A stretch of 44,826 nt of DNA from Catajapyx aquilonaris (Eukaryota), in the NCBI GenBank assembly GCA_000934665.2, contig JYFJ02003218.1, positions 1 through 44,826 of the forward strand, written 5' to 3'. A program made the translations under genes and the position numbers. Numbering within the stretch: the first letter of the stretch is position 1; each line of letters begins with the position of its first letter. This document shows positions 16,715 through 42,955 of this stretch, in pieces. The notes below the pieces were generated by a model. That model ran no database searches, was not told where the DNA came from, and worked only from the letters and a program-made list of their open reading frames with translations.

Positions 16715-18364
16715 GCTTTTTATTTACCACTTTTCACATTTTGTCTCTTGCTGGATCGCCCTCTAACTTTTAAATCGTACACATATCTTTTATTCGTTTT
16801 TTTTTTTTCTATACACAAAAATTGTTAGGAGAGCAATCCTTCAGATATAATCTAAATTTTACAACATTTTTCTTCGCACTCACGCTCACATGTGTACACA
16901 CATTGCCTTCTAAATATTTCCACATTACTAAAAATTACCACGTTTTATTGCGTCTCCGTGGCTTTATTTTCTGTCAGTGCTAACGGTTATTTTTGCATGG
17001 TTCGTGAACATTTAATTTAAATTGGGGGTCGTACCGCTTTTGTTTTTTCTTAAACGTATGAACAGTTAAAACTAATTACGCAGCTGCAAACTTATTTTTC
17101 TTCAACTATATACATAGACGTTTTTTTGCAAACACGTTTTTTCTTTTGAAACAATTACGACATTACATAGACACATGCAACACGATAAAACAGCTTTTTT
17201 TTAAAGGGGGGGAGGGAGTTAATTACTATTTATATACTTGGGGTTTGTCGGGATGAGTAGTTTTAAAATAACTATTTTGGGTCCCTGAATCAGTACCAGG
17301 AGGCGAAATATTTTAAAATCAATTTAAATTGCGGACTAGAAGAGTGGAAAATAAAACCCTTTTTTTTCTTCCCCTTTGCGTTTTTCCCCGCCACGTTAAA
17401 AATCTTGACGATTTATTAATCCATCTCGATAATATATATATTTTTCTTAAAATCCTCGGGTCATTGTACATTTTAAAAAGGCAATTTTTTTTCATATAGT
17501 TTGACTAGTTAATACTTGCACCTCTTGCGGCTTGGAAAAAAAAAAAGTTGATTAGAAAGCTCGGGAGTTTACGTAGAAAATATTGCCGGAAAATAATACT
17601 GAAGAAGTCGCTTTTGTGACAACATATTTTTTAAAGTATTCATCGTATGTACAATAATTATTTTTTTAAGGAGAATAAGAAGCCAAAGGCAGTTATTGTC
17701 AGGTTTGTTAGGAGTTATTATATATAATTTTTTTGGTTTCATTTTCTTGGTTTATCCTGGGGATCAGTGCAGCATCTTTTTTTTTTTTTGCAAATTATAT
17801 CAGAACGTTTTTTTCTCAGCTCGACATCTAAGGCAACTATTTTTTGGTTTATATATAATTATAGGCTTGTTTTTTAGCTCGTTAAACTTTTTCGGTGGAC
17901 ACTTAAACATCACGCAATAAATTACTCAACGATTGTCACTGAATCTAAACAAAGCCATCTGGGTTTTTAATCATCTCAGTCGTTAAAAGTTCTTCTCGTC
18001 TTTCTCCGCCTTTTCCCTGCGTCTAAAATCTAAACGATGATTTTTTTTTCCTGAAACGAAGCACGTGCAATTATTTTGCTGACTGTGCACATGCGCCTAG
18101 CTCTGTATATGTGTGTGTTACGTATGTAAATTCATATGTATGATCCGGTTTAGTGTACAAAACGAAATACGTAAAATCTATACGAGAGAAAGGGAATGTC
18201 ATTTTGGCAGTTAACGTAAAAAGAAGCGTTTTTTTGGTCGGAAAACAAACATAAATGTACATTAAAATGATAATACTTAAGACGGTAGAGAGAATGAATG
18301 TCCTCGCCTACTTTTTAAAATAGGAATTAAAAAGTTGCGTCCTTGTCGCTTTTGTTTGTTCCTT
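16715..18364 (-). other. Probable long AT-rich 3' UTR of WDFY3
   Basis: Non-coding A/T-tract-rich sequence after the stop codon, with AATAAA on the minus strand at 16724-16719 and other positions. Confidence 0.5.
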
Positions 18365-33374
<15,010 letters not shown>

Positions 33375-34924
33375 CTACCTTGAAACGCAATGAAAATTAA
33401 TTAAGACAAGCTGTTATCTTTTTTTAAAAAATCAATAAAACAAGTACACTAGAAAAATTAGCATGAAGTGTTACACAGTCGTTAGCAGTTGAATGTACGT
33501 TCGTATCATTAAAATGTAACACATGGTCTTAGTTACATGTACAGCTGACAGTTGCGCAATTAATAATTTACCGCTTGAAGCGCAACGAGAAGAAACAGCG
33601 TCGCACACGAATGATTTAGAAAGCTGCATTCCGTTACCAGTAAAAAAATATGCCGTCTTACATATAACCGCGAGTCTTTGTTTGGTTTCCAACAGTCAGA
33701 CATTTTTAACGCCTTTCGAATTGATTTGAAATTCCGTGCTTTTAATTTGTGCTTCACATCCCCCCTAAGCTCACTGACTTACAGGGATCAATTTTTCAGG
33801 AGCAGCATTTAAAATTCAATTAAAATTAATGAGGCTCTGCGATGTGTGCGGCGGCGGCGGCTTGTGATTTGAGGTCCACATGGGAATGGCGCACAAAATC
33901 CTAATCGCAGCCGCTGCGGCTTATACCGACATTTTAAAAACAGAAAATGCACTGCAAACGCATTCACGAATTGCATTACAACTCTTTCAAGTTGCGGCGA
34001 AATTGTGTTAATTTAATTTAGTCGACTGGGATAAACTTCGATTGTAGTAAATTTGTTTTAACGCGGTGCTAGAGGTTAAAGGTCAGCTTCCAATCTGTGT
34101 ACACAAAGACGTTAAAGTCCGTCACAGTAGGATGAGCTTAAACGGCTAAAACCTGGCGTAAAAAATTCATGAGCCGTAACGTACGTGCAATTAGAGTGTG
34201 GTAGCTGCAGGTGAAGCCATAAAAAAATCACTCTAAATTTTTTTCCCCGACACAAAAATAATTTTGTGGTTAATAACTGTGTGAACAATTTTTTAAATAG
34301 TGTGAACCGATGACTAATTTTTTCATTAACGATTACTCCAGTATGCGCATGAAATTTACATCGTTTTAATCGTATGAGTTCCCAGAATTCCTTCACAACA
34401 AAAACAATTTGCTAATGTGACATGCAGCAGACGTTACGGATTATTTATGGGGATGAAGCGAATGGTGCGCAGCTATTTTATCTGCCATGCTATAAATGTG
34501 AAGTGGCATGAGGCGCAGTGTGATTCACATGCAATTATCATGAGCCGAACATACATCCACCTTTTCCTCTTCCTTAAGCAGTTACAGTATGTGAAGGACA
34601 ACATGTTTGCGACTAGTTTTAAAAACATTGCATGGCAGCGATGGCATTGAAAGGTTCAATTAGTAACATGTCCTCACAGTCCGATATAACGAGAGAGGAC
34701 ATGTTGCAATTGGTTCCATGAGATCATGACATTGTTATGTCAACGGCTTGCGTTCGTCCTTTGTGCGTTGCGACAAGTGTTAGAAACGATACTGGATTAT
34801 CTCTGAGTATTATCTGCATCTACTAACATTCAACAAACGTTGCATGTACAGACCGTCTCAACGTTAGCATGTCATACAAAACATCGCAAAACCAGAACAA
34901 ATCAGATCAGATCAGTCAGTACGC

Positions 34925-35200
34925 TGCTCGTAATTATTAATGTCGTATGTGCGAAATATTGCCAGAGAATTAATTAAATTTCCACTACTCGTAATTATCA
35001 GATTTAATGTCATACGTACTGTTGCTTAATCACTCGTAATAATTTGATTTAATGTCATACGTACTGTTGCATTATTACTCGTAATCATTTGATTTAATGT
35101 CATACGTACTGTCGCATTGTTACTCGTAATGATTTGATTGAACCTCAACTGCTGGTAGTTATCTGGTTTATAATGTCGTTCGTACTGTTGCATTAATGCG
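34925..35200. repeat. Degenerate ~45-50 bp AT-rich tandem repeat
   Basis: Recurrent CTCGTAAT..TTTGATTTAATGTCATACGTACTGTTGC (~5 copies), with further copies near 35310 and 35635. Confidence 0.75.
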
Positions 35201-35405
35201 AGAGTATTTATTTACTTATTTAATTACTCCATGATAAGAGGCCTTTAAGAGGGACATATCGCATTGAGAATGAAGGAAAAAAAAGAAGAGTAAAACAGTA
35301 ACCACCACTGCTCGTAATTATCTCATTTAATGTCGCATGAACTATTGCATTAATTGCGAGAATATTTATTGACATTACATATAATAATGTCATCATCATC
35401 AAGAC

Positions 35406-35607
35406 AATTAATGTCAGTGTCACAATAATACAATATATTGCAATTTTTTTCCCCCTCCGTGCTCAATGCGATGTGGCCTAAGTAACCCCCAGAATATTTA
35501 ATTATTCCGTGGTTTGTCAGCGCTTTCTTAGGAGGTCCAATCGCATTGAGCACGGAGGGGGAAAAAAAGGTGCAATAAATTGTATTATTGCGACACTGAC
35601 ATTAATT
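35406..35607. repeat. Inverted repeat with ~67-bp arms
   Basis: AATTAATGTCAGTGTCACAATAATACAAT...CCCCCTCCGTGCTCAATGCGAT (35406-35472) pairs with 35540-35607. Confidence 0.85.
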
Positions 35608-35885
35608 TAATTACGTACCCCGTAAGCGCCACTGCTTGTAATTGTTATGCTGTACGTACTCGAGCATTATTCCGCGAATATTAATCAATTGCATTACCCT
35701 GCGATAGGTACAAATCGCATTGGAGCAGGGTTTCTCAACCAGGATTATGCAAGACCGATGAATATGCTAATTACATGCAAATGTGTTGTTTTTTTGTACC
35801 ATTAATTAACATTACGTACAGGTTCGCTGAGACTTCAATATTAATGGTTCTGCAAGGGGGAAAAAGACCCTGATGTAAAGCATTA

Positions 35886-36740
35886 AGGAAAACATCATGT
35901 GCAACAATTGCAATTACTGCGACGGTACGTAACGTGTCAGTTTTTTTAGGAAAGAATAATGTACGACAATTGCATTACTGCGACCGTACGTAACGTGTCC
36001 GGTATTTTAGGAAAGAATCATGTACGACTATTGCAATTACTGCGACAGTACGTAACGTGTCCTTTTTTAAGGAAAGAATCATGTAAGACAATTGCAATTA
36101 CTGTGACCGTACGTAACGTGTCCGTTTTTAGGAACGAATCATGTACGACAATTGCAATTACTGCGACCGTACGTAACGTGTCCTTTTTTTGAGGAAAGAA
36201 TAATGTACGACAATTGAAATTACTGCGACCGTATGTAACGTGTCGGTTTTTTAGGAAAAATAATGTACGACAATTGCATTACTGCGACCGTACGTAACGT
36301 GTCCGTTTTTTTAAGGAAATAATCATGTACGACAATTGCAATTACTGCGACCGTACGTAACATGTCTGTTTCTTTTAGGAAAGAATCATGTACGACAATT
36401 GCATTACTGTGACCGGACGTAACGTGTCCTTTTTTAAGGAAAGATTCATGTAAGACAATTGCAATTACTGTGACCGTATGTAACGTGTCCGGTTTTTAGG
36501 AAATAATAATGTACAACAATTGCAATTACTGCGACCGGACGTAACGTGTCCGTTTTTAAGGAACGAATCATGCACGACAATTGCATTGCTACGACCGTAC
36601 GTAACGTGTCCGCTTTTTTAGGAAAGAATAATGCACGACAATTGCATTGCTACGACCGTACGTAAGGTGTCCTTTTTTAGGAACGAATAATGTACAACAA
36701 TTGCATTACTACGGCCGTACGCAACGTTTGTTCCACTTTC
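35886..36740. repeat. ~60-bp satellite array, ~14 copies
   Basis: Unit AGGAAAGAATCATGTACGACAATTGCAATTACTGCGACCGTACGTAACGTGTCCGTTTTTT. Confidence 0.96.
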
Positions 36741-36744
36741 AGGA

Positions 36745-37077
36745 AATAACAATGTACGACAATCGCACCGCCTCATTACCGCAAGTGTACGTAATGTGTT
36801 GGCACCACTGCCTTCTTCAGTGTTGCCAACGTAGCCCAGACGTAGCCCAACAAAAAAAAAAGAGAAGGCAGTAGTGCCAACACATTACGTACACTTGCGG
36901 TAATGAGGCGGTGCAATTGTTGTACATTGTTATTACTGCGAATGTACGTAACGCCCCCTTCGTTTTGTCCCACCTTTAGGAAATAAGTGGAACGAAAAGA
37001 AGGGGACGTTACAGGGACGTTACGTACATTCGCAGTAATGCAATTATTTTTGGTTGGGCTTGGTTGGCAACACTGAA
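36745..37077. repeat. Cluster of interlocking inverted repeats at the end of the satellite
   Basis: 72-bp arms 36745-36816/36863-36934 (3 mismatches); ~27-bp arms 36932-36959/37013-37039; CAGTGTTGCCAAC (36818-36830) vs GTTGGCAACACTG (37063-37075). Confidence 0.9.
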
Positions 37078-37337
37078 GTGAGCCCGTACTGGACCTGGTC
37101 CAGTTCTGACCCCCCTACCCTATGTAAATGGACCTTCTGTGGTTTCATATTACTGCGATTGGAACAAGTGCGCCAATTTGTATGACTAAACAAGCCACGT
37201 CCTGTGGTTTAGAAGGTGGGGAGGGTTTGATGCCCTAGAGTGAATGTGACTCATCCCGATTTCGAGCTAAACAAAAATCGTTCGATTATTCCTGAGCTGT
37301 CACTTTCTTTTTGTTGTTGTTGTTGTTGGTCTCTTAC

Positions 37338-37900
37338 CCCCTTTAGATTGCAGCCCCCACGGTTTTTTTTTTTTTTTCAAATCCGGTCCTCCATCATCTG
37401 GTGATGTTGTGGGGGGCGAACACGGAAACACGGGAGCACTGGTTTAGCACGCAATTTGCGTATGAATATTTTTTTTTCACTTCTCGAAAATGTTCAACCC
37501 CCGTCCGCCATCTTGACTTTTCGATGAAATGTTCCATTATTTTGATGCATCACTTAGATTACTTGAGACGCATGCGCAACTGCCATTTTCTACGATTCTG
37601 GACCCCAACGATGCAGTAGCGAACTGTTATTTAACCAACCAAAGAAAGCAATGTGATAATTAGTGAAAGTGTTAAACTTTAATTAGTGTATTAATTCGGT
37701 CTAAAAATGTTAATAGATGGATATATGCGCATGCGTATACCCACATATGGTTGAGGTGGCAAATTGAAAAGTGATAAGGCTAGTTCAGGCACTGCCGATA
37801 GATGGCACTGCTCATTTTCATATTCAATGGCACGCTCCTGGCGCATGCGTATGTGACACTTGGTGAGCAATTGACTGCATGTACTGTGCGCATGCGCAAA
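37338..37900 (-). promoter_or_regulatory. Candidate WDFY3 promoter and first non-coding exon
   Basis: YY1-like AAGATGGCGG on the minus strand (~37505-37514); four NRF1/EWG-like (T/G/A)GCGCATGCG motifs (~37568, 37726, 37840, 37887); donor AGGG|GTAAGA at 37337. The first coding exon has an acceptor just upstream of its ATG, so a 5' UTR exon is required. A second candidate donor GTAAGT lies at 33782. Confidence 0.55.
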
Positions 37901-38441
37901 CGAACTAGTGCGGGCGTACATGTGAAGTTCAAAAATGGTTTGCTGCGACTTCAGCTTTTTAGTGATTCAGATGCCCGGCAGATGGCAGGGGCATCGCTAA
38001 CTGGTGGGTGGAATGAAGTGAAAAAAATACAGTACCGTATTAAATTATGCAATTGTATTACAATAATCGATATTATAATAATACCAGTGTACTCGTTCTT
38101 CTCACGGTCCCCAAATGGAAGAATCCCGTCGCGTAATGAACTTCAGTGATGTGCAATAATTGTAGCACAATCACGCCCGGTTCAAAATTATGTACAGTGC
38201 GCCATCCCTCAATTAAAGGAAAGAAAATATTATTAATAATTAACGAGTATGACCATATTACGTGTCAGGTCATCCCGGAAGAGCCCCCGTCTATCTGATG
38301 ATCATCGGCCAACTATATGAATTATTCACTGTGGGTGCGGTACAGTGTCATCCCTAACGAGCTAATTTAAATACGAACTATACCGTATATAAGGGGGACA
38401 GCAATCAGCATCATCCATCCTATTTAGTGCTCTGTGAGAAT

Positions 38442-40731
38442 ATGAAGTACTTTGGGTTACTACAAGCAACTGTGCTAGTACTAATAATATTACTGGTAAT
38501 TCCGACTGGCGTATTTAATATGATAAACAATATTACTGTTGCCTTATTATAAACAGGAATGTGGACATGGAGCTCAAAGAAAACGGCCGAAACATAGAGG
38601 TGAGTTTGTATGCACATTTAAATCCCTAATTACCTTAATGAGAACGAAAGGAAATAAATACAAGTATAACTTACTGAGCAGTTACTTTCGGCCAGCGTCA
38701 GTTTGGATGGATTTTATTAGGCGCTAATATTAGGTTGAATTGATTCATATCATGAAGCACAAACCCAGTTAAAATTTAATTCTGATATATTAAATCCAGT
38801 TTAATAAATTTAAATAATCTGTAATATTAAAATCCGTCGGCTTCTGATTAGCCCGTCGTGTATTGTTGGCGCGAGGCTTCCTATTGGCCCCCGTTCTGCG
38901 CATGCGCAATGGGGGAGATAGCGCCTCTGGTGGGTATGAGGAGGAACTAGTTTGTATATTAATCCATATATTTTGCCCAAAATTAACATGTTTATTTGAA
39001 GGAAATGGGAGAGCAGCAAGACATAACGTTCCCAACAGCAGATGCTCTTTGCCAGGATCCGTCATAATTGTGGCAGCTTCGGTAAATGACATTAAATTCC
39101 CTGAACCGTAATTAGCAATTAGTAATGCCACTTTATGTCACAGAGGAACCCAAAATTTGGGAAGTGCTTCTCGGACACCAGATTGGGAGACGCAATCAAG
39201 AAGTGCTCAAGCCCAGAAATGCTGAGGCAACGACTCAAAGCTAATAGTAACTACTATTGTCATATTTAATTTCAGATTAATTATATTTAAATATTTTTTG
39301 ACCCTTGGTGCGTTGTGTTTTACAGCAAGAGAACCTAGAAAAGGAGCGAAACATCAGAATAAGCACAGGAGACAAAAGAGAGGAGTGAAGGACATGCTGA
39401 AGCAAGTGGGAACCGTGATCAAAGGGCTGATCCCTGAGGAGATCAAGGATCTTATTAATCCCATACTCAAGTTAACGTTGGGAAACCTCCTTCCTCCTGA
39501 ATTGGGAGAAATGATATCTGTGGACATGATCATAGATTTCTTCACAAACATGGATGTCTGGCAGTTCCTGATCGGGGAAGTGACTGGGATTGACGTGAAT
39601 GATGAGCTCAAGGAGTTTTTGCCCAGAGGATTTCAAGCCAGCATGATGGTGGGGATATACTGTAACTTCCAGGAAGGTATAGCAGATCTGAAGCTCAAAA
39701 TAGCCTCCATCTTCCTCACGAGGCTAGTTGGGCCACATGGAGGCTAGGCCTAGCTAGGCCTAGCCTCCATGTGGCACTACTAAGAGGTAGGGGCGCCTCT
39801 CTTTGGAGGTTATATTTTGAGCTTCAGGTCTGCTACCTTCCTGGAATAGTGAGTAGCAAAAACGATAGCGATCTAATTTATGAAACATTCAGTTTCAAAT
39901 ATGATAGCTATAATATTTATAGCCTACTGTTTCTGCTGCTATTTCTAGTGCTTGGACCAGTGCGTGTTTGCAAATGCTGGCTTGGTAAGTGCCATGTCTT
40001 GATTTGCTATCATGTTTTTGCATGATGTTTTTCCCCTACACACAGTTGGGTGAGAACAAGAAGCCGGACCACCAAAAAGTGCTGTCTCTGCTTCGAGGTC
40101 ATGCGACTGAAGGTCACGAGTGGACACCTGACCTGGAGGACACTTATTGGAGATGCATGAAGGAGCAGGCAAAGGAGAAGAAGAACGATGCCTGCTTCAA
40201 GCAAGGGTGTCAGGCCAGTGTCCTCTCGGCCCAGTGCATGCTTGACGTCTTGGCAAGGGTCAGTTCATAAAAACAAACAAACAAACAAACAACTATAGTA
40301 CGGTACCAGGGAGCATATTATAGTACATAAGAGGCGCAAACTGCTGTCGGCGCCTTTGATATTCGCGTCTCTCTGTTTGGGGCCGTTGCCAAGACTGGCG
40401 GCCATTTTGAAGTGGGGGGAACGCCAACGAGGTATAAATAGGGTACAGGCAAAAATAGGGTCCGCCATCTTTGATGGTTTTGGCGGCCATGGCAACTACA
40501 CGGCAAGAACACGCGCGAATCAAAGATGGCGGACCTTATTTTTGCCTGTACCCTATTTATACCTCGTTGGCGTTCCCCACACTTCAAAATGGCCGCCAGT
40601 CTTGGCAACGCCCCCAAACAGAGAGACGCGGAAATCGAATGTTTGGCGCCTCTTATGTACTGACGGTACACCAACAGGACACCAATTGTTGCACTTATCT
40701 GTTTCAGTTGTGTGGTGCCATCGAGCGATGA
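38442..40731 (+). CDS. Secreted OBP-like (Plus-C-like) protein with a large insert, gene X, 8 exons, ~291 aa
   Basis: Model 38442-38495, 38557-38599, 39002-39081, 39144-39246, 39326-39648, 39949-39984, 40046-40258, 40708-40731 (876 nt, GT-AG, phase-consistent). Signal MKYFGLLQATVLVLIILLECGHG; CLDQCVFANAGL (C-x3-C); YWRC; CQASVLSAQC (C-x8-C); then x8-C. TATATAA near 38386 and AATAAA near 40784. Confidence 0.7.
39667..39846. mobile_element. Foldback MITE-like palindrome in an intron of gene X
   Basis: ~40-bp outer arms TTCCAGGAAGGTA..GCAGA.CTGAAGCTCAAAATA.CCTCCA, plus a perfect 44-bp central palindrome at 39732-39775. Confidence 0.85.
40322..40661. mobile_element. Long foldback element (~150-bp arms, 43-bp loop) in the last intron of gene X
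   Basis: 40322-40475 is the near reverse complement of 40519-40661; a one-armed relative lies at ~44629-44795. Confidence 0.88.
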
Positions 40732-41077
40732 TTGTGGACAACCCACTTCACTAATATAAAGCATGACTTGATAAACTGTAGCGAATAAAACGAATACAAT
40801 ATAATAAGTGATCAAAGTGGTATTTATTTACTTACACTTTATTACCTTCAAACACACCCACACACACACGCACAATGCACAAATCGTGATTATCATTTTC
40901 CGAGTGAACAGGTAGTGCGGCGTAATTTTATTTCCTCTCGTTCCGGATAACCTCACGTTACACAATGACTTACACTACGGTCTGAATTTTTATCGCCCTT
41001 TTTGCGAAAGGCCATTACCAATGCAATAAAAGTGTACAGTACGAGTCGCGTGGCTTTTATTTTTTTGTCGTTACCTC

Positions 41078-42955
41078 ATGATCGCAGCCATGGATCGCCT
41101 TCAATCTCTGAGAGTACTTGAAGGGCTCGTACTCCTGACCACATTGCTAGTAACCTTTTCTTATACAGTTGATTATTTTTTTTGTATTTATCTTTGTTTG
41201 GGTATGTGATCACTTTTAATGCCTCATTTCTAACCTTTTCACTCTGTGAAGGGGGGATTTTCAGCTAGTGCTCAATATCCCGTCACAGACAACGACGAAG
41301 CCTTCATATGGAGACACTCGGACGTAAGTTTTGTTCAAGGCTATATGGTCACAGCAACATGCACTAATCTCAAGAGATACTAATTGCAATTTTGCTAGGA
41401 AAGTACATGAGGCCTGTTATAGCCAAATCGCCACTTTATATAAGTAGTACTTACATGTAATTCTCCATACATTACGCTGCTGCAGAAGGCTGAATGATAC
41501 TTTTTCATGTCAAAGATGTCCTGTCCACTGGCGCCGATGTCTCGCAACGTGGCCGAAGTAGAATGTCGCAAGGAAAGGGAACTGCCACCGATGGAGGAAG
41601 ACAAAGAGTCCGACGGTACCTCGCTTCCATCCGACGCCCAGGTGACCACTGCAGGGCTGGACGCCAAGGGTCATGAGCACTTCTTAGAAAACATCAAGGG
41701 TCAGTACAACATGGAAGACGACGATTCGCAAGAAACACCAAAGGAAAGTATGATGTCCAAGTCATGGGGAGTCTTCAGTTCAGGGATGTCGTCATTGTGG
41801 AGCGCGGTCAAGGGAAGCGTCTCGGGCCTCGGAAGCGTCGGATCCAGCGTCGGCTCCAAGCTCTTGTCATACGTCTACCAGAAGGTAGACAATTTCAACA
41901 GTCAAATCGTGAGAGGATTTTTATATCTATATTAATCGGAAGATCTTTACTACGCGACGAAGTGGCGGGAGTCTGGGTGGAGGCAGGGGGCAGTTCAGTG
42001 AGCAAAGCCACAATAACGTTCGTTGGCATGTGGCGTTACGTAGGAAAGATCAGCCCGATTTTTTTTTACTTGGTTTACAGTAGTGTACTTTTAACTTATT
42101 TTGATGCTCGTCTTACCGCAGGGAATACAGGAATGTATACATAAACAGCTGCAACTGGTAAGTACACTGCTAACTTGTAAGAAAAATATTACTTTCCATG
42201 AGTTGACTTTGCCCATGAGCTCGCGGAGACGTCGTATTTCGCGAGCTTCGGGCGAGGTCGCAAGGTACACGTCGTGAAATGCGAGCTCGCGGCGAGGTCA
42301 CTTCCCAGGAGCTCGCGGAGACGTCGTATTTTGCGAGGTTCGGGCGAGGTCGCAAGGTACACGTCGTGAAATGCGAGCTCGCGGCGAGGTGAAAGTTTTG
42401 AACATTTGTTCAGTCATCCGGTGTACGAGGTGGCACGGGGTGATTGCGAGCTTTATACGAGGTCCACACGATCTCACCGCGAGCTAGTGGCAATGTCAAA
42501 TTTTGGTAAGTGTAATACGTTGCTTTTCCAGGTGGATGACGATGGTATACCCTCTCCAGAGAAGGTGCTGGCTCATGTCCAGCACTTAGTGTCCCCTACG
42601 GGTCATGAGCTGGTCGAGAACGCAAGGGAAAACCTGATGGCCTGTCTGGACACGATCAAGGATAAGATCTACATCGAAGAAATGTTCACGATCGAAGAAA
42701 AAATGAAATGCCTGCATGACGAGAAGTGCGCATCAAACTTCTGGGCAGGAAGTTGCATCAAACTGGCTCTGTTAGAGGTCAGTTACCTATAAACAATGCA
42801 CTCAAAATTAAAACTAAAATTCGACCAGCTACGAAGTCAAGATTATAATAATTAATCTGGATTAAGCCAGCATTGTGTGTGCTATTTTTTCTTTACAGCA
42901 CTGCATCGAGGCTGGCTTCAAACCAAGAGCAAGCAGCCTATGGCACTACCACTAG
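41078..42955 (+). CDS. Secreted OBP-like protein with a large insert, gene Y (paralog of X), ~6 exons, ~290 aa
   Basis: Model 41078(or 41090)-41149, 41252-41323, 41516-41908, 42122-42157, 42532-42777, 42899-42955. Signal ...LVLLTTLLGGFSASA; a 36-nt exon GIQECIHKQLQL matches X's 36-nt exon; VDDDGIPSPEKVLAHV; CASNFWAGSC (C-x8-C), then x8-C across the same intron as X; AATAAA downstream. An extra exon at ~41355-41443 cannot be excluded. Confidence 0.7.
42200..42514. mobile_element. CpG-rich MITE-like insertion with an internal 92-bp tandem duplication, in an intron of gene Y
   Basis: TTGACTTTGCCCATGAGCTCGCGG pairs imperfectly with CCGCGAGCTAGTGGCAATGTCAA; direct repeat starting at 42217 and 42309. 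Confidence 0.65.

Noticed and set aside
35726..35871. hAT-like MITE starting CAGGGTTTCTCAACC
   Set aside because: The right end matches only ~6 bp and no 8-bp target duplication is visible, too weak to call.
38860..38935. Promoter-like CCAAT/NRF1/CTCF-like motifs
   Set aside because: It lies inside a modelled intron of gene X, the CTCF-like match is one base short, and it is probably a repeat relic.
39649..39747. C-terminal extension VGIYCNFQEG...GPHGG of ORF 39298-39747
   Set aside because: It runs into the foldback element; the phase-0 donor at 39648 is needed to read CLDQC in the next exon.
40265..40815. Overlapping ORFs on both strands
   Set aside because: Products of the palindromic element; only 40708-40731 is modelled as coding.
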